From: a virus | IMG/VR virus record: IMGVR_UViG_3300043438_001221 | Direction: 5' to 3' (one strand) | DNA: 64,000 nt | In this document: positions 48,071-58,006 of the stretch, piece by piece | Position numbering within the stretch: position 1 is the first letter of the stretch | How the letters are laid out: the number at the start of each line of letters is the position of its first letter | Notes under the pieces: model-generated | The model's input: only the letters and a program-made list of their open reading frames with translations | Told to the model about the DNA's origin: nothing | Database searches by the model: none | Made by a program: the position numbers and the translations under genes

Positions 48071-48466
48071 ATGAAATCAAAAACTTTACAACTTATTGAA
48101 AGATACCAACGTCTTTTTGAACAGGATAACCAAAATCCTGAAGCTGGTATGGAACAACCACAAGGTGGTGAACAAGCCCCGGAAATGGCTCCAGAAGAGC
48201 CAGCAGAGACGATTCCTCTGAGTTCTCCCGCCGAAATCCGTTATATGGAGGATGTGGTTCTGGCGGCTCTCATGGAACCTCCCAGCGGCACTGATCGAAT
48301 TGCTTTGGAAAACATTTTGGATTTGCTACGCAGACCCGATAATATCAAGAAAATCCAAGCATCAGGACAAACCGCCAAGGATTTATATCAATCAAAAGTC
48401 CTCCCAATTATCCGTCCCGCACAACAAGGACAGGACATTCGGGATATTTCTGACCAAATGAGCTAA
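48071..48466 (+). CDS. Late protein, candidate head core protein
   Basis: MKSKTLQLIERYQRLFE then acidic linker. Confidence 0.55.
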   Translation: MKSKTLQLIERYQRLFEQDNQNPEAGMEQPQGGEQAPEMAPEEPAETIPLSSPAEIRYMEDVVLAALMEPPSGTDRIALENILDLLRRPDNIKKIQASGQTAKDLYQSKVLPIIRPAQQGQDIRDISDQMS

Positions 48467-48474
48467 ATACTATT

Positions 48475-48933
48475 ATGAAATTCAAAGGAGAAGAAAATGC
48501 CGTGCTTTGGGAGTCCTATACTGGAAGAAGATTCCGACAGGAGGATGCAGAAGAAGACTTCATGGGTGATGATCTTGGAGATGACTTTTCCGATGATGAG
48601 ATGGACGATTTTGACGACGACATGGATTTTGGCGATGATATGAGCGATGATCTTGGGGGCGGTCAAGCGCAGGGAATGGTCATGGAAATTGATCCCATTG
48701 CTCCCGTGGAAGCCCATGAGGTGAATGAGGTTCTGGTATCGGAACTCAAGAAGCTCTCGGAATATGGCAAGCGTCTCTATGATATGAAGGATTCCGCTGA
48801 ATTTGAGGATTGGATGGTTTCCGCCATCACCATTGCCTCCACATATGTTTCCGATGTTTGGCACCGTCTGGATGCCAAGGCTGATTTTGCCAACACTGGC
48901 TTTGAGCAAGCTGACGATTTCGAACAATTTTAA
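48475..48933 (+). CDS. Acidic late protein
   Basis: TAAATA 48464-69, 5 nt to ATG; Asp/Met/Phe-rich low-complexity stretch. Confidence 0.6.
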   Translation: MKFKGEENAVLWESYTGRRFRQEDAEEDFMGDDLGDDFSDDEMDDFDDDMDFGDDMSDDLGGGQAQGMVMEIDPIAPVEAHEVNEVLVSELKKLSEYGKRLYDMKDSAEFEDWMVSAITIASTYVSDVWHRLDAKADFANTGFEQADDFEQF

Positions 48934-48942
48934 TATAAATGA

Positions 48943-49401
48943 ATGAGAAGTTTCAAGCAATTCTTTGTGGAAAAAAACATCCTCGGTTTGGAAGAGGACA
49001 TCGTAGTTGATGGTGTTGGAACCATATCCGCCAAATTGGATACGGGTAATGGTGCTTACAATGTTTTACACGGGGAAGACCTTGAGTTCGGTAAAGACAG
49101 ACAAAGCAACCAACCCATAGTAAGATTTACAACCATGAATTCCATACGCCTAGAGAAACCAGTCAAAGATACCATCACCATCAATTTGGGGGCTGGTAAT
49201 ACGGAGGAACGTCCAATCTGTTTGTTTGATTGTGTGATCGGTGGTAAGAAATTTCCCAACACCCCATTTTCAATTGGTAATAGAGCGGACAACGATCATA
49301 AGGTTTTAATTGGCAAGGGATTCATAAAAAATGAGCTTGATGCTCTTATAGATGTCGCATTGAGAAATGTGGCAGATCAAAATTTAACAGCAGATGTCTA
49401 A
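48943..49401 (+). CDS. Retropepsin-like (RimK-associated type) putative protease
   Basis: AKLDTGNG, ERP, FSIGNR, VLIG; T4 CTS-like N-terminus MRSFKQFFVE. Confidence 0.8.
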   Translation: MRSFKQFFVEKNILGLEEDIVVDGVGTISAKLDTGNGAYNVLHGEDLEFGKDRQSNQPIVRFTTMNSIRLEKPVKDTITINLGAGNTEERPICLFDCVIGGKKFPNTPFSIGNRADNDHKVLIGKGFIKNELDALIDVALRNVADQNLTADV

Positions 49402-49972
49402 AATCACACAGAAAGATTTGCTTCAGGAAGGTTTTTGGGATAATTTTTCAAAAACTAGCGTGGGTAGAAATGTTAATAAAGCGATTGAGGCTGGTAAACA
49501 AATTTCCAGTATTGTCGCCCCCGAAATACACGATCCGATTAAAAAAGGTGTTGATAAATTTAGAGATGTCAGAGCTTCTATCGCGGAAGCTGGTAAAACA
49601 ATTGAGGAAAAAATAGAAAGATGGGTTAAGGAACAAGGAAATTTCGCAATTTCTGAACCTAAGAAAATTGCTACGTATCCTGATGGTAAAATTCATTATT
49701 CGGTTAGGATAGCCGAAAAAGGTGTTAGCGTATTGGATAATTCAGAAGTAGCTGGTCGAATTTATCGAAATCCAAGTGCTGTCGTAGGATACAATCCCCG
49801 CGATAAGCAATTTAGCTGGGTCAACAAACCGAGAACCGATAGTTACGTCAAATATAAAGGAACTGATGGACATATGTATTATAAATATCACGATCCAAAT
49901 GCTGACGGAGTAGATGAGCGAGTTGATCCTGTGCAACAAGCACCCACCGCTCCAGCATCATCAAAACCATAA
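49394..49972 (+). CDS. Hypothetical protein, candidate head protein
   Basis: MSKITQKDLLQEGFWD. Confidence 0.55.
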   Translation: MSKITQKDLLQEGFWDNFSKTSVGRNVNKAIEAGKQISSIVAPEIHDPIKKGVDKFRDVRASIAEAGKTIEEKIERWVKEQGNFAISEPKKIATYPDGKIHYSVRIAEKGVSVLDNSEVAGRIYRNPSAVVGYNPRDKQFSWVNKPRTDSYVKYKGTDGHMYYKYHDPNADGVDERVDPVQQAPTAPASSKP

Positions 49973-50011
49973 TAACTCTTGACATTTTCAAACGTTCTTA
50001 TAAATCCTCTC

Positions 50012-50230
50012 ATGCAAGTTGAAATTAAAGCACAGGAGGATGAGAATTTTAAATTCACAACAACAGACGAAACGGATGATCTGAAAGATGATTCCCATGT
50101 CAGTTCAGCAACGCCAGAACAAATTGCGGAACAACCTGTTCAACCGGAACCTCCGAAACGTAGGGAAGCAACGCTGAACAACCCATCGGGACACGAATGG
50201 TTTAATGGAACATCTTGGGGATTGAAATGA
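50012..50230 (+). CDS. Hypothetical protein
   Basis: Start MQVEI; TTGACA at 49979. Confidence 0.5.
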   Translation: MQVEIKAQEDENFKFTTTDETDDLKDDSHVSSATPEQIAEQPVQPEPPKRREATLNNPSGHEWFNGTSWGLK

Positions 50231-51018
50231 TAACGAATATCAAAATTCTAAATGGGTTTGCTACGGAGCTTCCTAATTTTCACAAGGGAATTGAATTCCA
50301 ATTCTCGGAAGGACTGAATATATTTTCAGGTTCCAATGGTTGCGGCAAGACCAGTATCCTAAAAATGCTCAAAGCATATTGTGGCATTCCCAATGGATAT
50401 GCGGGATGGTCTAGGATTTCCTCGGAACTTGCTTTGGGAGCGCAACAGAGAAGTCACTTTCCTTATGTGTATCGCGCCTATTCTCCGGGTCAATCCGATT
50501 GTATAGTGGGATGGGATGGGACTGCCACCTTCTATAATGAGGGGGATGTGAAGATTGACCAATGGGCATGGTTCACCCACAAGGAAATCTCCTCGGAAGA
50601 TGGTATGACCACGGAAGAGGAACACATGGATGCCATGATTGAAAAGCCATCATCCGGTCAATATCGCATGAAAAAGCTCAACAAGCTCTTCAACATGCTC
50701 AAGAGTCCTCCCGATCTTACCAAGTATGTTTCATCTCATCCCGCTCAAGTCGGAGAAGTTGATTATATTCGTTCTCTACCACGCATGGGGAGGGTGACAT
50801 TGCTTCTAGATGAGCCTGAGAGGGCATTGTCGTTGCCCAAGCAGATGGAACTGTTCGCTCTTCTGAAACGCATGTCCAAGGACTACCAGATCATCGTTGC
50901 AACCCATTCCCCTTTTGTTTGTCTCATGGATTTGGATGCTAAGATATACGATATTGAAGCGGGGTATTCGGCGGAATGTAAAAATATCATTGAAAATTTG
51001 GTGAATAATAGTAAATAG
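50227..51018 (+). CDS. Solo ABC-type ATPase
   Basis: GSNGCGKTS, SSGQ, LLLDEPE, VATHSP. Confidence 0.85.
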   Translation: MITNIKILNGFATELPNFHKGIEFQFSEGLNIFSGSNGCGKTSILKMLKAYCGIPNGYAGWSRISSELALGAQQRSHFPYVYRAYSPGQSDCIVGWDGTATFYNEGDVKIDQWAWFTHKEISSEDGMTTEEEHMDAMIEKPSSGQYRMKKLNKLFNMLKSPPDLTKYVSSHPAQVGEVDYIRSLPRMGRVTLLLDEPERALSLPKQMELFALLKRMSKDYQIIVATHSPFVCLMDLDAKIYDIEAGYSAECKNIIENLVNNSK

Positions 51019-51028
51019 GGGAGAAATC

Positions 51029-51373
51029 ATGGGTGAAAATGATATAATTAAAAAATGGAAACCTCTTTTAGAATGGTCTTCACGAAAAGTTCCACCACTA
51101 TCAATTGAAAAATATTTAGAGGTTGCCTTGATTTTGGAAAAATGTGAATCGGATTTTATAGAAAATGCTCTTATCTCGAAAAGATTAATCCCCCAAATAC
51201 GAAAAAATGAAGGGGAGTTGGAAACGGTTATTATAAATGATGTAGAACATTACGTTATTGACTGTTTTGAAGAAAAATATGCTATAAGTCCAGAAAATTA
51301 TATGGAAATACACTCTTTTACAACTGGATATGATCTGAAGGGGTATAAGTTTGTAAATGGCGAATGGATTTAA
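51029..51373 (+). CDS. Hypothetical protein
   Basis: ORF track; IIKKWKPLLE resembles T4-like capsid propeptide start. Confidence 0.5.
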   Translation: MGENDIIKKWKPLLEWSSRKVPPLSIEKYLEVALILEKCESDFIENALISKRLIPQIRKNEGELETVIINDVEHYVIDCFEEKYAISPENYMEIHSFTTGYDLKGYKFVNGEWI

Positions 51374-51385
51374 TTAAATAAAAAT

Positions 51386-51616
51386 ATGAGTGGTCACTTT
51401 TCACAAAAATACGGGGGTTCTGCTGGTGCCATTTTGGACGCTTGGGGTCAGGATCGAATTAATGCAGAGATTGGGGAGCTTTATGAGCAACATGTATTCG
51501 GTAAGAAGAGCATTGACATGAACGAACTCCTGAACGAATTTCATGGACAGAAAACTGGCGGTGCTGTGAGGCATTCCGCCGATTTGAAGACTGCTCCTAA
51601 AGGGGGCTTACTGTAA
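51386..51616 (+). CDS. Hypothetical late protein
   Basis: TAAATA 51375-80, 5 nt to ATG. Confidence 0.6.
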   Translation: MSGHFSQKYGGSAGAILDAWGQDRINAEIGELYEQHVFGKKSIDMNELLNEFHGQKTGGAVRHSADLKTAPKGGLL

Positions 51617-51626
51617 GGATAATATT

Positions 51627-52010
51627 ATGAAAAAAGAAATATACGAAAGACAATATCCCATGACGGAAGATGAGAAAAAGGAAGCTACCGAAATTGCTGG
51701 GCATTTGGCAACACATTATCTAAACGCTGTTTGGAATACAATACATGGTCAAGCATCTCCAAAAGATGTGGTAAATATCCAAGATAAATATGATCAGGTC
51801 AAACATCAAGTTGTAAAAGATTATGAGAAATCCCTGAATGAAAAGGTTCTCAAGTTCTTCATGTTGAAGCGTAAGAAGAAAAATGAAAAGATTTCCATTG
51901 ATGATGTTGTAAGCATTATCAAATATAAGTTAGTATCCAAACCAAAGAGGAAATTGGCATGTTTCATGTGGGATAAAGAATATAATATCTATCCGTTGGT
52001 GAGACGATAA
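51627..52010 (+). CDS. Hypothetical protein
   Basis: ORF track. Confidence 0.55.
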   Translation: MKKEIYERQYPMTEDEKKEATEIAGHLATHYLNAVWNTIHGQASPKDVVNIQDKYDQVKHQVVKDYEKSLNEKVLKFFMLKRKKKNEKISIDDVVSIIKYKLVSKPKRKLACFMWDKEYNIYPLVRR

Positions 52011-52748
52011 TCACACGCCGAGAATTTGTGTAATATGACGCAAGATCGGTGATCTGACAATATCAGCATTATCAAATTTCAAGCAATGAATTTCATTCTT
52101 TCTTGAGAACTCTTGATCGAATTTATCAAAAACTTCTTTAAATCCTGAGTCGTTAATGTCATTCTGCTTGGTATCTCCGATTACAAAGTAGTGGGAACCC
52201 CTACCAAATCTGGATAAGCAACTGGAAAGTTCTTTTTTTGTCGCATTTTGGCTTTCGTCTATAATAACAGCACTATTATGGAATGTTAATCCGCGAATAA
52301 AGTTGACTGGCATAGCTTTAATGTATTCTTGTTCCATCAATGCTTTATATGTGGAAATGCTTGTCATCTCGTTCAGCTTATCAATAAGTGGCATTGAGAA
52401 GTATAAAAATTTGTCGTCTAGTTCTCCGGGTAACGCGCCCAAAGAACGAGAAGCACTTTCCACTATTGTCCTGACATAGATGATTCTATCAACTTGTCTG
52501 TTTTTCAACAATTCCAATGCTCCGTAAACAGCTACTTGCGTTTTCGCACTACCTGCTGGACCATCTACAAAGACCATATTAGTCTTCGGGTTTTGTGTTA
52601 ATTGATAAAATTTGATTTGATTATCAGTTAAATGTGGCAACTTTTTGAGGTCTATATTAGACAGATCAAAGTTCTTTTTGTAATGATCGGTGATTTCATC
52701 TGTGATATCCAACTCTTTCCTCCTGCGAGGTGCTTTTTTGGTAGCCAT
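52011..52748 (-). CDS. phoH: PhoH-like ATPase
   Basis: GPAGSAKT, LGALPG, RGLTF, IDESQN, GDTKQND, DIVRS. Confidence 0.93.
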   Translation of the reverse strand: MATKKAPRRRKELDITDEITDHYKKNFDLSNIDLKKLPHLTDNQIKFYQLTQNPKTNMVFVDGPAGSAKTQVAVYGALELLKNRQVDRIIYVRTIVESASRSLGALPGELDDKFLYFSMPLIDKLNEMTSISTYKALMEQEYIKAMPVNFIRGLTFHNSAVIIDESQNATKKELSSCLSRFGRGSHYFVIGDTKQNDINDSGFKEVFDKFDQEFSRKNEIHCLKFDNADIVRSPILRHITQILGV

Positions 52749-52772
52749 GTATTATTACTTAGCCAAAATCGC

Positions 52773-52800
52773 TTGCAATTTGATAATACTCTGTTAAGTT
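52773..52800 (+). promoter_or_regulatory. Sigma70-like promoter for the kinase/glycan operon
   Basis: TTGCAA-N16-TAAGTT, 9 nt before ATG. Confidence 0.55.
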
Positions 52801-52809
52801 AATATCATT

Positions 52810-53544
52810 ATGAGACTAGCAATTAGCGGCACACAAAATTCTGGAAAATCCACGTTAGTAAAAGCATTCCTCCAGAAATGGCCCATGTATGCCACACCAG
52901 CCAAAACATACAGGGATGTAATCAAGGAAAACAATCTTTCCCATTCTTCCAATACCACGGAAGAAACCCAATTATTGATTCTTGATCATCTCACACAATC
53001 TTTGGATACACATAAGGATATAAAACACATCATCTATGACCGCTGCCCCCTTGATTGTCTTGCTTACACATTACATGCCGCTGAAAAAGATTTGGTATCC
53101 GAAGATGTTTTGGGCGTGACGGTGGATATTGTTCGTCGTTCTCTGAAAAATCTTGATATCATCTTCTGGCTGAAATACGATCCAGCTATCAAGATCGTTG
53201 ATGATGGGACACGTGACACCAACCTTAATTACATTCGGGAAATTGATGATATCTTCGCGGGACTTTTCGAGCAATATTCCGATCATTTGGGCAATACACC
53301 GTTCTTCATTGCGGAAGATTGTCCCGCCATCATCCCCGTTGACATGACAAATCTCGATGATAGGATTGCATGGATTGGAGAGTTCCTTGACCAGAAAGGC
53401 GATCTGATTGAGACGGGAGAAAGCGTTCTTGATCCCAAGAATCTGGAGATGATGGAACAAATGCTGAAAGACCAAGGACTTTGGATTGAGAAGGATCAGC
53501 AATACAAGAATCTGAAGGATCAGATCAAGAATTTTAAAATATGA
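52810..53544 (+). CDS. P-loop NMP/dNMP kinase-like protein
   Basis: ISGTQNSGKSTL, YDRCPLD.LAY, DDGTR. Confidence 0.75.
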   Translation: MRLAISGTQNSGKSTLVKAFLQKWPMYATPAKTYRDVIKENNLSHSSNTTEETQLLILDHLTQSLDTHKDIKHIIYDRCPLDCLAYTLHAAEKDLVSEDVLGVTVDIVRRSLKNLDIIFWLKYDPAIKIVDDGTRDTNLNYIREIDDIFAGLFEQYSDHLGNTPFFIAEDCPAIIPVDMTNLDDRIAWIGEFLDQKGDLIETGESVLDPKNLEMMEQMLKDQGLWIEKDQQYKNLKDQIKNFKI

Positions 53545-54383
53545 GTGAAAAAATCGGATTAGCAATCATAACCAAACAACCACGGGACACGTTTCCAGAG
53601 GCTTTTGATTTTTGGCATCACATGGTAGATCATGTTGTTGTTGTGAACGATGGGGATGAATTTACATACGATTGGAGTGCAGGATTTAGAAATAAATATG
53701 TTGGTAGATTTCCTGAAACCACTTTAACATATCTCAAAAATCCTGAGAACTTGGGAGTCGCCACCTCAAAAAACAACGCGATGCGACATCTTTTGAATCA
53801 AGGATGTGATCATATCTTTATCATGGAAGATGATATGCGAATAATTGATAATGGGATTTTTGATGCTTATATCAATGCTTCCAAGAAGAGTGGCATCCAA
53901 CATCTGATGTTTGGCTACCATGGACCAGCCAACAAAAACGGCATCTCCCACGGTAAACCATGTCCCCGATTGGTGGTGGATTATGGGGATTTCTCCCTAG
54001 CATTCAACCAACATTGTGTGGGAGCGTTTTGTTATTATTCCCGCAAATGTCTGGAAGATGTTGGTCTAATTGACGAGAAATTTCGAAACGCTTTTGATCA
54101 TGTTTCCCATAGCTACGAGCTTGCCCTGAAAGGATATTCCACTCCTTATTGGTGGTGGGCAGACTTGGCAAATTCCTTGGATTATATTGAAGAGCAAGCG
54201 TGTTCGGAGGAAAATTCGTCCATCAAGACCCCAGAATCCATGCAGAAATGGGAGAGTAATATTCGTGGTTCCATGGATTATTTCAAGGAGAAATTCGGTG
54301 TTTATCCTTTTGGAAGTGATGGTGTTCGGGATACGGATGAAAAAGATGTATTGACTTTCTTAAAAACTAAGCGACAATCCTGA
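53541..54383 (+). CDS. GT2-like glycosyltransferase
   Basis: VVVNDG, NLGVATSKN, FIMEDD, VGLIDEKF. Confidence 0.85.
   Translation: MSEKIGLAIITKQPRDTFPEAFDFWHHMVDHVVVVNDGDEFTYDWSAGFRNKYVGRFPETTLTYLKNPENLGVATSKNNAMRHLLNQGCDHIFIMEDDMRIIDNGIFDAYINASKKSGIQHLMFGYHGPANKNGISHGKPCPRLVVDYGDFSLAFNQHCVGAFCYYSRKCLEDVGLIDEKFRNAFDHVSHSYELALKGYSTPYWWWADLANSLDYIEEQACSEENSSIKTPESMQKWESNIRGSMDYFKEKFGVYPFGSDGVRDTDEKDVLTFLKTKRQS
54360..54378 (+). promoter_or_regulatory. Degenerate copy 6 of TTAAAAACTAG promoter
   Basis: TTAAAAACTAAgcGACAAT-N7-ATG (54386). Confidence 0.5.
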
Positions 54384-54385
54384 AT

Positions 54386-54598
54386 ATGAAAGAAAAAATC
54401 TATCCGATCAGAACGGTCGAAGAATTTAAAGAATCAGCAGCGAATTGGGAATTTGCCACGATGGTATCAACAAGCTCTGACAACAGAGAAGAAATTGAAA
54501 AGGCTGATGTTATTTGTAGTATTGAAGAAAAAAGGTGGGATGAGTGTAGGCATCTTTTTGAATTTAGTGAAGATGGTGATTTAGTAGGATTAAAATGA
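54386..54598 (+). CDS. Hypothetical protein
   Basis: ORF after motif promoter. Confidence 0.55.
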   Translation: MKEKIYPIRTVEEFKESAANWEFATMVSTSSDNREEIEKADVICSIEEKRWDECRHLFEFSEDGDLVGLK

Positions 54599-55404
54599 AA
54601 ACAGATTTAAGTAACATTGGCTTAATGATCCACTTCCGTAGGGATGTGGATGACCGCTTTCGCAATCTGGAAATGGTTGTGAAATTTTATAGAGAAAATT
54701 CTGACAATCTCCAGATCGCCATTCTGAATGACGATAAGGAATTGGATAAGGACTTCAAGAGACTCTGCAAGCAATACGATTGTAAGGGTCTGTTCATGGA
54801 AAATTCTGATGTCTATTGGAGAACCAAGGCATTCAATGAGATGTCCAAGATTCTGGATGTGGATTATCTGATTGCAGGAGATACCGATGTGATCGTTGAT
54901 CCGAAATTTATTTTGGAATCGAAACAATTGTTTGATAGTAATGTCGGGATTGTATATCCTTACAACGGAATGTTCATCCATTTGAAGCAACCAATGTTTG
55001 AAATGTTCGCCGTAGATCAATCCTTAGTTGACCTATTGGACAAATCTCAAACACTCAAACCAATTCCTTATGATCAGGATGAGAACTTTTTAGTCGCCCA
55101 TCCGCAAAGCAAGGGGGGAATGGTGATGTTCAAAAAGGATGTATTTGTTGAATGCAATGGATACAATCCCAATTTCAAAGGATGGGGGTATGAGGATGAC
55201 GAGATTCTGGCTAGATTTCAGAAGATGGGTTGGGGTATTCTACGGGTTAATAATGCGGAAGCGATTGCATGGCATTTGCCACATGAGAATACCGTGAGAG
55301 AGAAGCATCCATATTACGATAACAATCGGAGACATTCTGATTTTGTTTGTGGGGATACGAAGTGGGAGGATTTGGAACGATATATTTGGAGTTGGACGAT
55401 ATAA
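54595..55404 (+). CDS. Galactosyltransferase-like (GT7 C-terminal motif) glycosyltransferase
   Basis: DTD, KGGMV, NGYNPNFKGWGYEDDE, WHLPH. Confidence 0.85.
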   Translation: MKTDLSNIGLMIHFRRDVDDRFRNLEMVVKFYRENSDNLQIAILNDDKELDKDFKRLCKQYDCKGLFMENSDVYWRTKAFNEMSKILDVDYLIAGDTDVIVDPKFILESKQLFDSNVGIVYPYNGMFIHLKQPMFEMFAVDQSLVDLLDKSQTLKPIPYDQDENFLVAHPQSKGGMVMFKKDVFVECNGYNPNFKGWGYEDDEILARFQKMGWGILRVNNAEAIAWHLPHENTVREKHPYYDNNRRHSDFVCGDTKWEDLERYIWSWTI

Positions 55405-55413
55405 TTAAATAAT

Positions 55414-56190
55414 ATGGAAGATGAATTAATCATTAGCCACAATGCTGGTTTTTTTTCGTGTAGTTCAGTGGCGTTGAATCAAATAGTTGATTATGTGAAT
55501 ATTCACAATCGCTTACCGAGTAATATAAATAGATCATGCCAATACAGTGAATATAAAATAAACATGAATGATAATTTAATTCAATTATTATTTGATGACG
55601 AAAACACTGAATATAATTTTGAATCAATTATTGATTATCAGCATAATCGACAGTTTACTCCGTATAAAAATTTGGAATATGAGAAAATTTTTCCATTGGT
55701 TGCTAAGTATTTCACCCCATCCAAATCAATTTATAATATTATTGATAAAATTGAAAATTCTCTCAATATAAATTATGATGATACTATCGCGGTTTGTTAT
55801 AGGGGAAATGATAAATGGACGGAAACTTCCATTGCAACATATGAAGAATTTATTGATAAATGTGAAAGCCTGAACGCTGAAAATAAAACATTTTGTTTAC
55901 AAACAGATGTGAAAGAATTTTTTGATTTATTTGTGAGTCGGTTTCCAAATACCATATATAATCCTAATTTGGATATGATTAACCACAATCCATCCACCAG
56001 CATTCATTACACATATCCCAAAAATTCCGAAGAAAGATTGAATCACGGTATGAATTTATTTGCAAATGTATATGTATTATCTAAGTGTTCGCAGATCGTA
56101 ACTTACAGTGGCAATGTTGGAATCTGGATATGTTTATATAGAAATAAATCAAAGGGTATTCATCAGTATTTAAACGGGGAGTGGGTGTAA
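55414..56190 (+). CDS. NodZ/FUT8 (GT23)-like fucosyltransferase
   Basis: AGFFS, VCYRGNDKWTE, LQTD, LSKC...SGNVG. Confidence 0.65.
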   Translation: MEDELIISHNAGFFSCSSVALNQIVDYVNIHNRLPSNINRSCQYSEYKINMNDNLIQLLFDDENTEYNFESIIDYQHNRQFTPYKNLEYEKIFPLVAKYFTPSKSIYNIIDKIENSLNINYDDTIAVCYRGNDKWTETSIATYEEFIDKCESLNAENKTFCLQTDVKEFFDLFVSRFPNTIYNPNLDMINHNPSTSIHYTYPKNSEERLNHGMNLFANVYVLSKCSQIVTYSGNVGIWICLYRNKSKGIHQYLNGEWV

Positions 56191-56198
56191 TTTTGTAT

Positions 56199-56885
56199 AT
56201 GAAACCTAAATTTTCAATATGTATCCCCGTGTGGGAACAGCACGGATTCGGTCTTCAATATTTAAAATACCTTATTCATTCCATACAAATTCAGTCGTTT
56301 CAAGATTATGAATTGGTTATTTCGGATCATAGTCAAAACAGAGAAATTTTTGAATATTTAGACTCAGAGACATTTGATTTAATATATTTAAAATATGATG
56401 AAAATTATGGAAATGGTGTAGCCAATCTCAACAATGCGCTAAAAATGGTGAATGGGAAAATCATTAAGATCATGTTTCAAGATGACTTCATGTTTGACCG
56501 TAGATGTCTGGAAAAATTTGATAAAACATTTCAGGATGAAAATACCAAATGGGCTGTTTGTGGATGTAATCATACCAGAGATGGTGTGAATTTTGAAAGA
56601 CCCATGGTTCCGTCTTGGAATGACAAATTGTTGGAAGGTGTGAACACGATCAGTTCACCATCCGTTCTGGCGTTTCGTAATGAAAACGTGGAATTGTTTG
56701 ATGAGAACTTGACAATGCTCATGGATACGGCATACTACTACCGATTGGGAGAACGATACGGATTACCTACAGTAATTGATGATTGCTTGGTGTCGAATCG
56801 TTGTCATGAGAATCAGATCAGCAGTAGGTATAGTGGAAATTTGGAAGAAGAGATCAAATATTGTAAAGAAAAATATGGAAAATGA
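56199..56885 (+). CDS. GT2 glycosyltransferase
   Basis: FSICIP, ISDHS, NLNNAL, FQDD, ISSPS, FDENL. Confidence 0.85.
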   Translation: MKPKFSICIPVWEQHGFGLQYLKYLIHSIQIQSFQDYELVISDHSQNREIFEYLDSETFDLIYLKYDENYGNGVANLNNALKMVNGKIIKIMFQDDFMFDRRCLEKFDKTFQDENTKWAVCGCNHTRDGVNFERPMVPSWNDKLLEGVNTISSPSVLAFRNENVELFDENLTMLMDTAYYYRLGERYGLPTVIDDCLVSNRCHENQISSRYSGNLEEEIKYCKEKYGK

Positions 56886-57117
56886 TTTAAATATTAGTGA
56901 TTGTAGGGAATACCTTGCAATGAATTTAATACACTTGGAAAATTTGGTAGTGGAAATGAACCACTTAACCAGTAAAATCGAAAATGATGACTTAAAAAGT
57001 GTGTGTGAAGAATTGAAGAGAAGATTGAAAATTGTTCGCAAAAATAGCGTTCAAGCGTTGAACGCATCATTGGGTTACACATATACAGTGCCACATTATC
57101 GTTATGATAGTAACTGA
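56875..57117 (+). CDS. Small helical hypothetical protein
   Basis: Start MENDL; overlaps both neighbours. Confidence 0.5.
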   Translation: MENDLNISDCREYLAMNLIHLENLVVEMNHLTSKIENDDLKSVCEELKRRLKIVRKNSVQALNASLGYTYTVPHYRYDSN

Positions 57118-58006
57118 AATCTACAACGGCCAAGGGCTAGGCAATCAGCTTGCTTGTTACGTAACAACGCGAGTGGTTGCCAAGGATAAGGGATTTGATT
57201 TTGGTATTATGAATCCCCACAAGTTCAAGTGTTTGGACTTCATGGATTTGGATTTCGGATTGCCCGTCACGGGTGGTTCGGGAGGAGAGGGGGGACCACC
57301 CGATACGCTTCCAGATGGTATTCAATATTACTTTAAGGAGAAATGGTTATATCTTCCCAACGGTTCCAATGTGACGATTGATGATCCCAATCTGGAACTG
57401 ATTCAAGACAACACCAAAATTGATGGTATCTTCCAATCAGAAGATCGAATCATTCATCGCAAGGACGAGATTCGTCAATGGTTGAAAATCAAACCAGAAA
57501 AAGATTGTTGGGATTATTCCGATCCGAATATTTGCATTATCAATTATCGGGGAGGGGAATACGCAAGCGTTCGTGATTTCCATCTTCATGATCAATATTG
57601 GAAAGATGCTGTTCAGGACATGTTGGCGATAAATCCTAATTTTAGATTTGTGGTGATCACTGATGATGTGGAACGAGCGTCCAAACAATTTCCTTTTTAT
57701 GAGGTGAAACATTTTGATATTGCAAAGGATTTTACCATCATCAAGAATGCTCATTATCTGATCCTATCCAATTCCAGCTTCCCATATTTCGCTACTCTGT
57801 TGAGCGATACAGTGAAATATATTTTAGCTCCCAAGTATTGGGGGCGATACAATATTTCAGATGGTTATTGGTCGTGTGGTTATAACATTTTTAGAAATCA
57901 TAATTATATAGATCGGGGAGGAAATCTATTTACATGGGAAGAATGTGTGGTAGAATATGAGGGATACAAAAAACGAACGGGGATTTATGACAATACAAGA
58001 AATTAA
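57104..58006 (+). CDS. Alpha-1,2-fucosyltransferase-like (GT11)
   Basis: GLGNQL, GIFQSE, NYRGGEY, VITDD, ILSNSSF, APKYW. Confidence 0.85.
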   Translation: MIVTEIYNGQGLGNQLACYVTTRVVAKDKGFDFGIMNPHKFKCLDFMDLDFGLPVTGGSGGEGGPPDTLPDGIQYYFKEKWLYLPNGSNVTIDDPNLELIQDNTKIDGIFQSEDRIIHRKDEIRQWLKIKPEKDCWDYSDPNICIINYRGGEYASVRDFHLHDQYWKDAVQDMLAINPNFRFVVITDDVERASKQFPFYEVKHFDIAKDFTIIKNAHYLILSNSSFPYFATLLSDTVKYILAPKYWGRYNISDGYWSCGYNIFRNHNYIDRGGNLFTWEECVVEYEGYKKRTGIYDNTRN

